Virus record (IMG/VR): IMGVR_UViG_3300017743_000090
Location: 1 to 27,491 of that record
Origin: a virus
Taxonomy: Duplodnaviria > Caudoviricetes
Direction: 5' to 3' (one strand)
Length of the DNA stretch: 27,491 nucleotides
Each line of letters begins with the position of its first letter. Position 1 is the first letter of the stretch. Both the position numbers and the translations under genes were made by a program. The notes under the pieces were generated by a model. The model was not told the origin of the DNA. It ran no database searches and was given only the letters and a program-made list of their open reading frames with translations. Positions 9,601 through 16,273 of this stretch are shown in pieces.

Positions 9601-10578
9601 TGTAGTACCGCTTGTACCTGATGTACCTGATGTACCACTTTCTTCACTTTCTCCTCCATTACCTGAAGAACCAGCAGTTCCTGTTGTTCCTGAAGAACCA
9701 CTAGTTCCACTAGTAGCACTTAAATTACTTTCACCTGCTGCGCCTACTGAACCTGTTGTACCACTTGATCCTGCAGTACCACTTGTACCACCTTGACCAG
9801 CTTGACCTGCTGAACCTGAACTACCAGATGAACCTGAACTACCTGATGTATCACTTCCACCACTTGAACCTACAGTACCTGTTGTTCCGGATTCACCAGA
9901 TGTACCTGATTGACCATTTGAACCATTTTCTCCTGAAGTACCTGAAGTACCAGCAGAACCTGAAGATCCTGATTGACCTGCATCTCCAGTACTACCTGAT
10001 GAACCTGATGTTCCTGAAGTAGCACTTTGGTTGCTTCCTCCGGCTTCACCTGCTGAACCTGTAGTACCTGAAGAACCACTAGTTCCTGATGTTTTACTTT
10101 CTCCTGCTTGTCCTACTTCACCAGATGAACCTGAACTACCAGATGAACCTGATGAACTTGCTAAAGCTGATTCACCTGATGATCCTCCAGTTCCAGATGA
10201 ACCAGAAGCTCCACCACTTGTACCTGATGTACCAGTTGTTCCTGAAAATCCACTTGAACCTGATGATCCATTTGATCCACTTAATCCTGAAGTACCTGCT
10301 TGACCTGAAGAGCCAATATTACCTGAAGTACCAGCACTACCAGAAGAACCTGATGAACCCGTAGTACCTGCAGAACCTGATGTTCCTGAAGTACCTGAAG
10401 ACCCAGATGAGCCTGAAGAGCCTGAAGAGCCTGAAGAGCCTGATCCCCCAGAACTACCAGTAGAACCTGAGCTACCTGCAGAACCTGAAGAACCAGATTG
10501 TCCTGATTCGCCATTATTGCTTCCTTGACCTTGAAATGAAGCTATTGGTACTTGGTCTAAAAATCTTATATTGGCCAT
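3418..10578 (-). CDS. Giant (2386 aa) Gly-X-Y Ser/Thr/Asn-rich fibre protein with C-terminal peptidase S74 intramolecular chaperone
   Basis: About 2220 aa of GXY triplets without Pro. The C-terminus GELRATGDIIAFYSSDRRFKDNV...DVGVIAQEIEKVLPELV...YKAVKYEKLVALLIEAIKEL is a typical S74 domain with the S-D-x-R-x-K motif. Confidence 0.92.
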   Translation of the reverse strand: MANIRFLDQVPIASFQGQGSNNGESGQSGSSGSAGSSGSTGSSGGSGSSGSSGSSGSSGSSGTSGTSGSAGTTGSSGSSGSAGTSGNIGSSGQAGTSGLSGSNGSSGSSGFSGTTGTSGTSGGASGSSGTGGSSGESALASSSGSSGSSGSSGEVGQAGESKTSGTSGSSGTTGSAGEAGGSNQSATSGTSGSSGSTGDAGQSGSSGSAGTSGTSGENGSNGQSGTSGESGTTGTVGSSGGSDTSGSSGSSGSSGSAGQAGQGGTSGTAGSSGTTGSVGAAGESNLSATSGTSGSSGTTGTAGSSGNGGESEESGTSGTSGTSGTTGSAGDGGQGNLSNTSGTSGSSGTTGSAGEAGQSGESKTSGSAGSSGTTGSSGTGAGAGSSGASGTSGVSATSGSNGSSGANGSSGNSATSGTSGSTGTNGSAGEDGFSGFSGSSGTSGTSGSVGTSGDDSTSGSSGTSGSSGSSGVNGTSGDSKTSGTSGTSGTTGTTGSAGLSNESKTSGTSGSSGSSGSLGTAGESNLSQTSGTSGTSGTTGSAGDAGASNQSATSGTSGSSGTTGTAGSLGESGNSATSGTAGSSGTTGSSGTGAGAGTSGESGTSGISATSGSAGTSGSQGADGVAGTSGESGTSGTSGSNGSSGTTGNAGTAGESNISDTSGTSGTSGTTGSAGDAGASNLSNTSGTSGTTGSNGEAGQGGESRTSGTSGSSGTTGSTGAAGESELSATSGTSGSSGTTGSAGEAGQSGESKTSGTAGSSGTTGSSGTGAGAGTSGESGTSGISATSGSSGSSGSQGAGGVGGNSATSGTSGSSGTTGSSGDAGSSEESNTSGTSGTSGSNGTAGDGGQSALSSTSGTSGSTGSSGIAGQGGESTTSGTSGSSGTTGSNGEAGQGGDSKTSGTSGSSGTTGSAGEAGASNLSATSGTSGSSGTTGSNGEAGQGGNSKTSGTSGTSGSTGTAGSHGASNQSMTSGTSGSSGTTGSAGEAGESGDSKTSGTSGTSGTTGSVGEAGASNLSQTSGTSGSSGTTGSAGAAGESNISNTSGTAGSSGTTGSSGTGAGSGTSGASGTSGISATSGSSGTSGSQGADGVAGTSGESKTSGTSGSTGSSGTSGVDGTSGESSLSKTSGTSGSSGTTGSAGEAGASALSKTSGTSGTSGTTGSAGDAGASNLSATSGTSGSSGTTGSAGEAGESNLSQTSGTSGSSGTTGSAGDAGASALSATSGTSGTTGSNGNAGQGGESKTSGTSGSSGTTGSAGEAGASNLSSTSGTAGTSGTTGSSGTGAGSGTSGESGTSGISATSGSSGTTGSNGTAGDGGQSALSNTSGTSGTTGSNGNAGQGGESKTSGTSGSSGTTGSAGDAGASNLSKTSGTSGSSGTTGSAGEAGESESSATSGTSGTTGSSGNAGQGGESKTSGTSGTSGSTGNAGVAGESGLSATSGTNGSNGTTGNNGNAGQSGLSKTSGTNGTSGSTGASGNAGQSGLSKTSGTSGTNGSNGNNGNAGQSGVSATSGTNGSNGTTGAAGNAGQSGLSATSGTNGSNGTTGAAGNAGQSGLSKTSGTNGTSGTTGNSGTSGNAGQSGLSKTSGTNGTSGSTGNNGNAGQSGASATSGTNGSNGTTGAAGNAGQSGLSKTSGTNGTSGTTGNSGTSGNAGGSGLSKTSGTNGTSGTTGNNGNAGQSGLSKTSGTNGTNGSTGAAGVAGQSGASKTSGTNGSNGTTGAAGNAGQSGVSKTSGTNGTSGTTGNSGTSGNAGGSGLSKTSGTNGTSGTTGNTGAAGQSGLSKTSGTNGTNGSTGNNGNAGQSGASKTSGTNGSNGTTGAAGNAGQSGLSKTSGTNGTSGTTGNAGGSGLSKTSGTNGTSGTTGNNGNAGQSGASKTSGTNGTNGSTGAAGAAGQSGVSKTSGTNGSNGTTGNAGAAGQSGLSKTSGTNGTSGTTGNSGTSGNAGGSGLSKTSGTNGTSGTTGNAGGSGLSKTSGTNGTSGTTGNNGAAGQSGSGAFTSGTSGTAGTSGVSRTNGTSGKNGTSGTTGATNGTSGQSKTSGTSGTSGNSGTTGVNATSGAANKTSGTSGTSGSNGTTGNKGASGASRTSGTSGTNGTSGNNGVSGSGSFTSGTSGTAGTSGQSKTSGTSGKNGTSGTTGSTAGTSGASKTTGTSGTSGTSGTTGVKGTSGSGSFTSGTSGTSGTNGTAGNHGVNGVSRTSGTSGTNGSSGNAGTNGQSGNNGTSGTTGVAGTSGTSINGTSGISGGAFANSPDFLVKTDSATQVSSVSFVTVNNTTNVMTVSGELRATGDIIAFYSSDRRFKDNVTPITNSLEKLNQIGGYEFDWNNKQSSYTGHDVGVIAQEIEKVLPELVNTRDNGYKAVKYEKLVALLIEAIKELNTKIDNK
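3838..10510. repeat. Coding 9-nt-period low-complexity repeat (GXY)n with 18-27 aa sub-units
   Basis: Plus-strand units such as acctgaagt, accacttgt and accatttga. The distal unit is GLSKTS-GTN-GTS-GTT-GNN-GNA-GQS (24 aa). Confidence 0.95.
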
Positions 10579-10599
10579 TTATAAATCTTTGTATTTGGG

Positions 10600-10609
10600 T
10601 ATAAATATT
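10600..10609 (-). promoter_or_regulatory. Putative late promoter motif AATATTTATA
   Basis: About 22 nt upstream of the giant fibre ATG (10578). Confidence 0.65.
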
Positions 10610-10613
10610 AAAA

Positions 10614-11549
10614 CTAAGATATAGTTGTAGTTCTTTTTTTAGCTTCTTGGTTAGAAACATCAGTAGTTACTATTCTACCACCATCATTAGTACCCTCAAA
10701 GAATTCTTCATTTTCAATAACTTCCATAGAAAATATTATTTTTGATTTTTCATTAAATTTACTTACAGAAACTAGTGATTTTTGTACTACTTCTGGTATT
10801 ATATATCCGTTTAATTTTATATTAAATGTTGTCTTTACTGATCTTTCTGCCCCTTTAGTAGTTTCTACTACATTAGTAAAATCATCAATCATTGCCCTAA
10901 ACTTAAAACGTTCAGGATCTCCCCAATATGAATCAGAAGCATAATTAATTGCTTCAACTATTTTGTTCATTTGATCTACATAATATGTAGATATAGCGCA
11001 GCTATATGTAATATTTACATAATCAGGATAAACAACAGCTACAAATTGCTTTGTAGGTATTCTATTATTTAATACGGTAAAATTATCATAAGCATTTTGT
11101 CCAGAATATCCTTTTTGGAAAATACCAAAATTATTAGGGTTATTAGAATCTATTTTATTACCTATGCTTCTTACTTTTTGAATATTATCACGTTTAAACA
11201 TGATCATAGGGAACATTATTTTACCGTTTTTATCGCGGTATTTACCGTCTTTTTGGAACGATTTCCATCTTTCCGGTGAACCATATATAATTGGAACTTC
11301 AATGCGTTCACCATTTTGAACTACAGAAGGTTGAATTACATTTTTAAAATAATAAATAATGGCTTCATCAATATCTTGTATACCAACTGTAAATGGTTTT
11401 GTGCTATCTCCCCTCCAAGAAAGTTGTGTACCTCTATTAGGAACAGTAGATAAATTAGGATTACCCATTTGAGGATCATAAGGTTTTATCAAACTATTTG
11501 ATATCTCTTTTTGGGATTTTGGGGTTGGTTTATTTTGTTTTTGCGCCAT
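10614..11549 (-). CDS. gp15: Tail sheath terminator / tail completion protein, T4 gp15-like
   Basis: VPIIYGSPERW...FPMIMFKR...PDYVNITYS...DQMNKIVEAI pattern; follows the gp13- and gp14-like genes. Confidence 0.75.
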   Translation of the reverse strand: MAQKQNKPTPKSQKEISNSLIKPYDPQMGNPNLSTVPNRGTQLSWRGDSTKPFTVGIQDIDEAIIYYFKNVIQPSVVQNGERIEVPIIYGSPERWKSFQKDGKYRDKNGKIMFPMIMFKRDNIQKVRSIGNKIDSNNPNNFGIFQKGYSGQNAYDNFTVLNNRIPTKQFVAVVYPDYVNITYSCAISTYYVDQMNKIVEAINYASDSYWGDPERFKFRAMIDDFTNVVETTKGAERSVKTTFNIKLNGYIIPEVVQKSLVSVSKFNEKSKIIFSMEVIENEEFFEGTNDGGRIVTTDVSNQEAKKRTTTIS

Positions 11550-12097
11550 TATAATCTTTGTAATGTTATTCCTACTTTATCAGATGGAACATAATGAGTA
11601 TTACAGATAATTTGTTGATTCCATCCAAATTTATCAAGATCTCCTTCAAATGGGTTTACCATATTAGGATAATCTGGGTTTTTACCTACAAAATATCTAT
11701 TAGCATTTGTATCATCTACCTCAAAATATGATTTATTATATAATATAATATCTCCTGCTTGTGGTACTAAATCAGCCCCGTATAATGCAGTATCAACATT
11801 AAAATCTTTTGCCTTACCTAATAAATCATCTCTTAAAAATCTAAATTGAATATTCCATTCAAAATCTACCCCATATTCAGTATCAGGATTAGTTTGGTCT
11901 TCTCTTTCTATTAAACAATTTAATAAAACAGGACCCATATAAAATTTAGTCCCAGAAGCTTCACCATAGATATTAGTTTTAGTTTCTTCTAATTCAAATT
12001 TATAGAAAGCTGCTTGTTGGGAAATTACATTTCCCATCAACTCACGGTTTACAGTTCTAAGTAAACTTATGTCTCTTGCAGCTCCAAATAATGCCAT
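11549..12097 (-). CDS. gp14: Neck/head-closure protein, T4 gp14-like
   Basis: NIYGEASGTKFY motif and PQAGDIILY...FEV; synteny between gp13 and gp15. Confidence 0.7.
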   Translation of the reverse strand: MALFGAARDISLLRTVNRELMGNVISQQAAFYKFELEETKTNIYGEASGTKFYMGPVLLNCLIEREDQTNPDTEYGVDFEWNIQFRFLRDDLLGKAKDFNVDTALYGADLVPQAGDIILYNKSYFEVDDTNANRYFVGKNPDYPNMVNPFEGDLDKFGWNQQIICNTHYVPSDKVGITLQRL

Positions 12098-12098
12098 A

Positions 12099-13277
12099 TT
12101 ATCCTATATAAATTGTAAAGGGTACTCTACCTAATTCTTTTTCTAAAAAGTCAGATTCTTGTGTTCTTCTTTCTAATAATTTTTCTCTTGAGGTTTCATC
12201 AAGATATGCTCTTAATCTATCTATTAGTGCTTCTTTTTCTGCTGTAGCAGCAGTTATTAAATCACTTTGGTTTAATGTTACATCTGCCCCTGGAATTGGA
12301 ACTGTACTATATTTACCTCTTACATATCCTAACATTTCTTTACATAATGCTAATGTATATTCAAATATCCAACTTCTACCTACAGAATTAATATCTGAAT
12401 ATATGGGGTTTACATAAGGTACATCACTAATAACTTTAATTCTTCCATTACCATCAACAAAAGCAGCATCAGCTTCTTCTGATTTTAAAAGATATTGAAT
12501 TTTTAATTTAGATTTATAAGTACCCCCAGCTATATTACGTGGGATGGGGAATATTCTTAGTTTATTATTATGTACTTCAAACGAAAAATTAGATCTTCTA
12601 ACTGTATCATTAAATTCAATAGCTTGAACGGTTGCAATAGTATAATTAACAGGCATTAATACAAAATCAAGTCCTGCAGCTGAGTAGGCTCCAAACCCAA
12701 ATGTATCTAATCCTGCTGATATATCTCCTCCTGCAGCACCACCACCTGCAAAAGGATCATAATATCTTACAATAGCAGGGGTTGCTTCAAAAAATACTCT
12801 CATAATTTGAAGATCACCTTTTTTATAATGAGGGATATTTTTATCAGCCCATTCGTTTAGATCGTATTCTTGTTTTCCTTCTTCTAGGTCAATCATACCA
12901 TCATACCAATCAACATTTCCTCCTGAACCTGCTTCTACACCATATTGTTCTGAAATAGCAATTATACGTGCTAAAGTTGGGGTAATGATTTTTTCATTAA
13001 TATCAACAGTATCATCAGCACCTTCTAAAGAAAGATAATTTTCTCTTACTTTATAAGCATAGATTTCATTACCATACACAGTAACAGCTTCTTCAAAAGC
13101 GGTATAAAATTGAATATCTTGAAGTTCAATATCTACAATAGGATATCCTAATCTTTGTGCACAAAATTTTGCTACTTTATCTGCATCTTTTTCAAATTCT
13201 AAATCATTATCATAAAACCCAAAAGGTGTTTCTCCTGGGTGGAATGAACTTGATCCTGGCCATATTGGTATATTCAT
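12099..13277 (-). CDS. gp13: Neck/head-tail adaptor protein, T4 gp13-like
   Basis: FCAQRLGYPIVDIELQDIQ...AFEEA and WIFEYTLALCKEMLGYVRGKY...PGADVTLN match the gp13 N- and C-terminal motifs. Confidence 0.85.
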   Translation of the reverse strand: MNIPIWPGSSSFHPGETPFGFYDNDLEFEKDADKVAKFCAQRLGYPIVDIELQDIQFYTAFEEAVTVYGNEIYAYKVRENYLSLEGADDTVDINEKIITPTLARIIAISEQYGVEAGSGGNVDWYDGMIDLEEGKQEYDLNEWADKNIPHYKKGDLQIMRVFFEATPAIVRYYDPFAGGGAAGGDISAGLDTFGFGAYSAAGLDFVLMPVNYTIATVQAIEFNDTVRRSNFSFEVHNNKLRIFPIPRNIAGGTYKSKLKIQYLLKSEEADAAFVDGNGRIKVISDVPYVNPIYSDINSVGRSWIFEYTLALCKEMLGYVRGKYSTVPIPGADVTLNQSDLITAATAEKEALIDRLRAYLDETSREKLLERRTQESDFLEKELGRVPFTIYIG

Positions 13278-13286
13278 GATATTTTA

Positions 13287-13739
13287 TTAAGCGTTTACAA
13301 GCACGTATTCTACATCTATACTAGCACTAATAGCAAAAACATCAACTGATGTTAAGGCTGAACCTGAAAACCCACCATTAAATTGACTACCAGTAGCATT
13401 TGCACTTGCCCACATAAGTGAGGAAGTTGGTGTTAAATCTTGGGTCCAATAAGCTCCATCTGAGTTTTCAAAAGTAACTGCTAAAGATGCTGAATTATCT
13501 AAATTAGTAATTCTAGCATATTTTACACTACTTGAAGGAAATAAACCAGCTCCGGGGTTGGGACCATTAAAGTCTATTAAATTGATAGAAGTTGTTTCAG
13601 GACAAGTTACTATTCTTCTATCTACATTAGTTACATCAGCAACTCTATAGAAAGTTTCATTAATAGTTCTTACATTTTTAATAACGTGCTCTTCTTTTAT
13701 TTTAACTTGAAAAGTACTAGGTGTTAGTGTAGATGCCAT
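13287..13739 (-). CDS. Hypothetical beta-rich protein (150 aa), probably structural
   Basis: Has its own upstream motif and leads the neck operon; six [ST]-[GAS]-S motifs. Confidence 0.75.
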   Translation of the reverse strand: MASTLTPSTFQVKIKEEHVIKNVRTINETFYRVADVTNVDRRIVTCPETTSINLIDFNGPNPGAGLFPSSSVKYARITNLDNSASLAVTFENSDGAYWTQDLTPTSSLMWASANATGSQFNGGFSGSALTSVDVFAISASIDVEYVLVNA

Positions 13740-13750
13740 GCTTTTTTGGT

Positions 13751-13760
13751 TATAAATATT
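13751..13760 (-). promoter_or_regulatory. Putative late promoter motif AATATTTATA
   Basis: About 12 nt upstream of ATG 13739. Confidence 0.65.
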
Positions 13761-13779
13761 AGAAAGGGTTGTTTAATTA

Positions 13780-14514
13780 TTATTTTTTTGATTTTCCACT
13801 ACTACCTGATGATCCTAATTTAATACCTTGAGCACTTGCTTCTTCATATACTTGAATTAAATCATCTACAATTGGATCTCTATGGTTTTGTAATAATGTT
13901 ATTCCAATTGCGTTTTTAATTGTACGCATTGATTTATATAAAAATCTAAATCCAGATTCTCGTTTTGATTTTAAATCAACTTGATGATCATCACCACATA
14001 TAATCATTTTAGAACGCAAACCAATTCTAGTTGCTATCATTTCCATTTGCTCATGAGTAACATTTTGGGCTTCATCTACAATTATACATGAATCTAAGAA
14101 TGTTCTACCTCTCATAAATGCTAAAGGTACAATTTCAATTTTGCCATCTTCAATAAGTTTTTCTACTTTTACTTTATCATATAAAGCAAACATGTTTTGA
14201 TAGATTGGTTGAATCCATGGATCCATTTTTTCTCTTAAATCACCAGGTAAGAATCCTATTTCTTCTTTCGATACTGTAGGTCTAGTGATAATTATTTTTT
14301 CATAATGTCTTCTAAGAAGACCATCTAAAGCAACTTGAACCGCCAATAATGTTTTACCCGAACCTGCTTTACCAGCTAGCATCGTTATAGTATTTTCTAA
14401 TATTTTAGCTTTAGCTTCTTTTTGTTCTTCGTTTAATGTAATTTTAAATTTAATGGGGTTTTTCACTACTCTTTGTTTTCTATGAACTTCATCTGTGTGA
14501 GGTTTCGATGCCAT
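13780..14514 (-). CDS. phoH: PhoH-family ATPase
   Basis: GKAGSGKT Walker A, ITRP, GFLPGDLREKMDPW, FMRGRTF, IVDEAQN, GDDHQVDL and HRDPIV, all PhoH signature motifs. Confidence 0.95.
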   Translation of the reverse strand: MASKPHTDEVHRKQRVVKNPIKFKITLNEEQKEAKAKILENTITMLAGKAGSGKTLLAVQVALDGLLRRHYEKIIITRPTVSKEEIGFLPGDLREKMDPWIQPIYQNMFALYDKVKVEKLIEDGKIEIVPLAFMRGRTFLDSCIIVDEAQNVTHEQMEMIATRIGLRSKMIICGDDHQVDLKSKRESGFRFLYKSMRTIKNAIGITLLQNHRDPIVDDLIQVYEEASAQGIKLGSSGSSGKSKK

Positions 14515-14547
14515 AATTTACGTTTTTTATGTAATAACTCTTTCAGT

Positions 14548-14557
14548 TATACATATT
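14548..14557 (-). promoter_or_regulatory. Putative late promoter motif variant AATATGTATA
   Basis: Immediately after the capsid terminator U-tract; about 34 nt upstream of phoH. Confidence 0.55.
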
Positions 14558-14586
14558 AAAAAAAAAGCCCCGCTTGCGCGGGGCTT
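14558..14586 (-). terminator. Intrinsic terminator after the major capsid gene
   Basis: Minus strand AAGCCCCGC-GCAA-GCGGGGCTT followed by a T run; GNRA loop. Confidence 0.92.
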
Positions 14587-14619
14587 AATTTCATTTGACT
14601 AAACTATTAGTTCAATTGA

Positions 14620-16239
14620 TTACAGAGTATTTAAACCTGCAACATCAATTTTACCATAGAATTCCGGACGGATCATCTTCTTAGCGTAACGAGTTAAGAG
14701 ACCTTTACGTGGAGTAAATGTATCTGGATCGTACACTAGAGGAGTCATAATTAATGGAATGTATGGAGCAAATACAGCACCAGTTTCCAAGAATTGGCTA
14801 CCTCTGTAACCCATAAGAATTGTATTCTCAGTCATGTATGGGTTTTTGTATACATCGTAACGGCTATTAATAGCACCTACTTTTTGTACACCAAACGCAT
14901 ACTTCATTTTAGCAGCATCACCATCTGAGTTAGAAGCAAATCCTGGGATTGATTCTAATACAGTAGCAACAGTTGGAGAACATACTAAGAAATTAGCACC
15001 ACCTCTAAGAGTTAACTGGTGAATTTTGTTAGATACTTTCTGCAATTTAGTTCCTAAAGTTTGGAACCACTGACCTTGTGAGTTATAGAAACCTAAATCA
15101 GTAGTTGTAGCACCTGAAAGAGCTTCATTGTTTTTAGCTGACCATACTTCAGTATTTGAAGATGGTACAGATTGAATCAACATATCAAGGATCTCTAAAT
15201 CGATTTCCATTGCGATATATTCACTCATAATTGAAGTTAATTCAGCTTCAGCATCTAAAGATTGGTAAGCGTTCAAATCTTGAGCAAACTCAGGAGTCCA
15301 AACAGCTTTCAATTTTCTAGTCTTAGCAACAATTGCTTCAGATTTCAACTTAACGTTGATTTCAGGAATAGAAATTGGAGAGTTATTACCATTCAATACG
15401 TCGTTTTGATCTTCGAAATCACCACGCTCGTTATCAAGAGGTTGTAACTGGTAAGTAAGTGTATCATCTGCTGCCAAGTTGTTGTTTGGAGAGAAGAAAA
15501 TTACTTCAGTATCAGTGTTTCTAGTAAACGTTTGAAGAATACCTTCGTTGTTGATACCACCTGAACCAGAAATGATAAATGCTCTTGAACCTAAGAAATC
15601 ACCATTTGGAATTGCAGTTTTAGCAACAGCAAGTTTCTTGTAAGTTCCGTCAATTGCAGAAGCACTAAACGCTGCATCGTAGTTAAAGTCTTCCCAAGTT
15701 GTTGAACTTGAAGTTGAAACTATAATACCTACAGAAGCAGTGTTATTGATAGAATATCCGAATCTACCAGCACCATAAAGACCTTCTGATGGAGCATCTC
15801 CTTCAGTCAAACCGTACATTGAACCTGAACCATAAACATCTCCACCTGCGGTGAAAGGAGTTTTAGTAGTTCCGTACTGGAAATCTAAGAAGAAAACTAG
15901 ACCTGAAGGCAAGTTCATAGGTTGAACTGATACGAACTCTTGAGCAGCAATTTGTCCAAATACTTTACGTACCATTGGAAGTGCTACACCAGCCCATTGT
16001 TCACCTGTTCCTGGGGTAAAAGTACCTCCAGCTACGCCTCCACCTGAAAGTGAAGCCTCAGTTACTAATTGCTTAGCCTGATTTTCAAGGATCATAGACA
16101 TATTGTTTTTCTCAATCTCGTTATCGAGACCTTCTAACAATCCTGTTCTATTCCATTTGCCAGCTAATCTGGCAGCATCTGACTGTAGGTTCTTCCATGA
16201 ACCAGCAGATGACTCTAATAATGAATTTAATTGTGACAT
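14620..16239 (-). CDS. gp23: Major capsid protein, T4 gp23-like
   Basis: LENQ, VSVQPMNLPSGLVFFL, AKTRKLKAVWTPEFAQDL, AEAELTSIMSEYIAMEIDLEI, FAPYIPL, DPDTFTPRKGLLTRY. Confidence 0.97.
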   Translation of the reverse strand: MSQLNSLLESSAGSWKNLQSDAARLAGKWNRTGLLEGLDNEIEKNNMSMILENQAKQLVTEASLSGGGVAGGTFTPGTGEQWAGVALPMVRKVFGQIAAQEFVSVQPMNLPSGLVFFLDFQYGTTKTPFTAGGDVYGSGSMYGLTEGDAPSEGLYGAGRFGYSINNTASVGIIVSTSSSTTWEDFNYDAAFSASAIDGTYKKLAVAKTAIPNGDFLGSRAFIISGSGGINNEGILQTFTRNTDTEVIFFSPNNNLAADDTLTYQLQPLDNERGDFEDQNDVLNGNNSPISIPEINVKLKSEAIVAKTRKLKAVWTPEFAQDLNAYQSLDAEAELTSIMSEYIAMEIDLEILDMLIQSVPSSNTEVWSAKNNEALSGATTTDLGFYNSQGQWFQTLGTKLQKVSNKIHQLTLRGGANFLVCSPTVATVLESIPGFASNSDGDAAKMKYAFGVQKVGAINSRYDVYKNPYMTENTILMGYRGSQFLETGAVFAPYIPLIMTPLVYDPDTFTPRKGLLTRYAKKMIRPEFYGKIDVAGLNTL

Positions 16240-16273
16240 TGTTTTTTTTTTGTTTTAAAATTATACTTATTTT

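Noticed and set aside
1-10510. Possible CRISPR array or non-coding satellite
   Set aside because: No constant repeat with unique spacers. Variation is at synonymous positions and the frame stays open, so the repeats are coding.
3838-10510. Bacterial ice-nucleation protein (InaZ-type) call
   Set aside because: Lacks the 16-residue AGYGSTxTAxxxSxLx unit and Tyr, and the periodicity is 3. Ice binding via a PPII surface remains only an untested possibility.
3855-10514. Many short ORFs on both strands inside the giant fibre gene (PEVP-, YLKYL- and VLQVLQ-type)
   Set aside because: Alternative-frame products of a 9-nt periodic sequence that is poor in stop codons; no independent signals.
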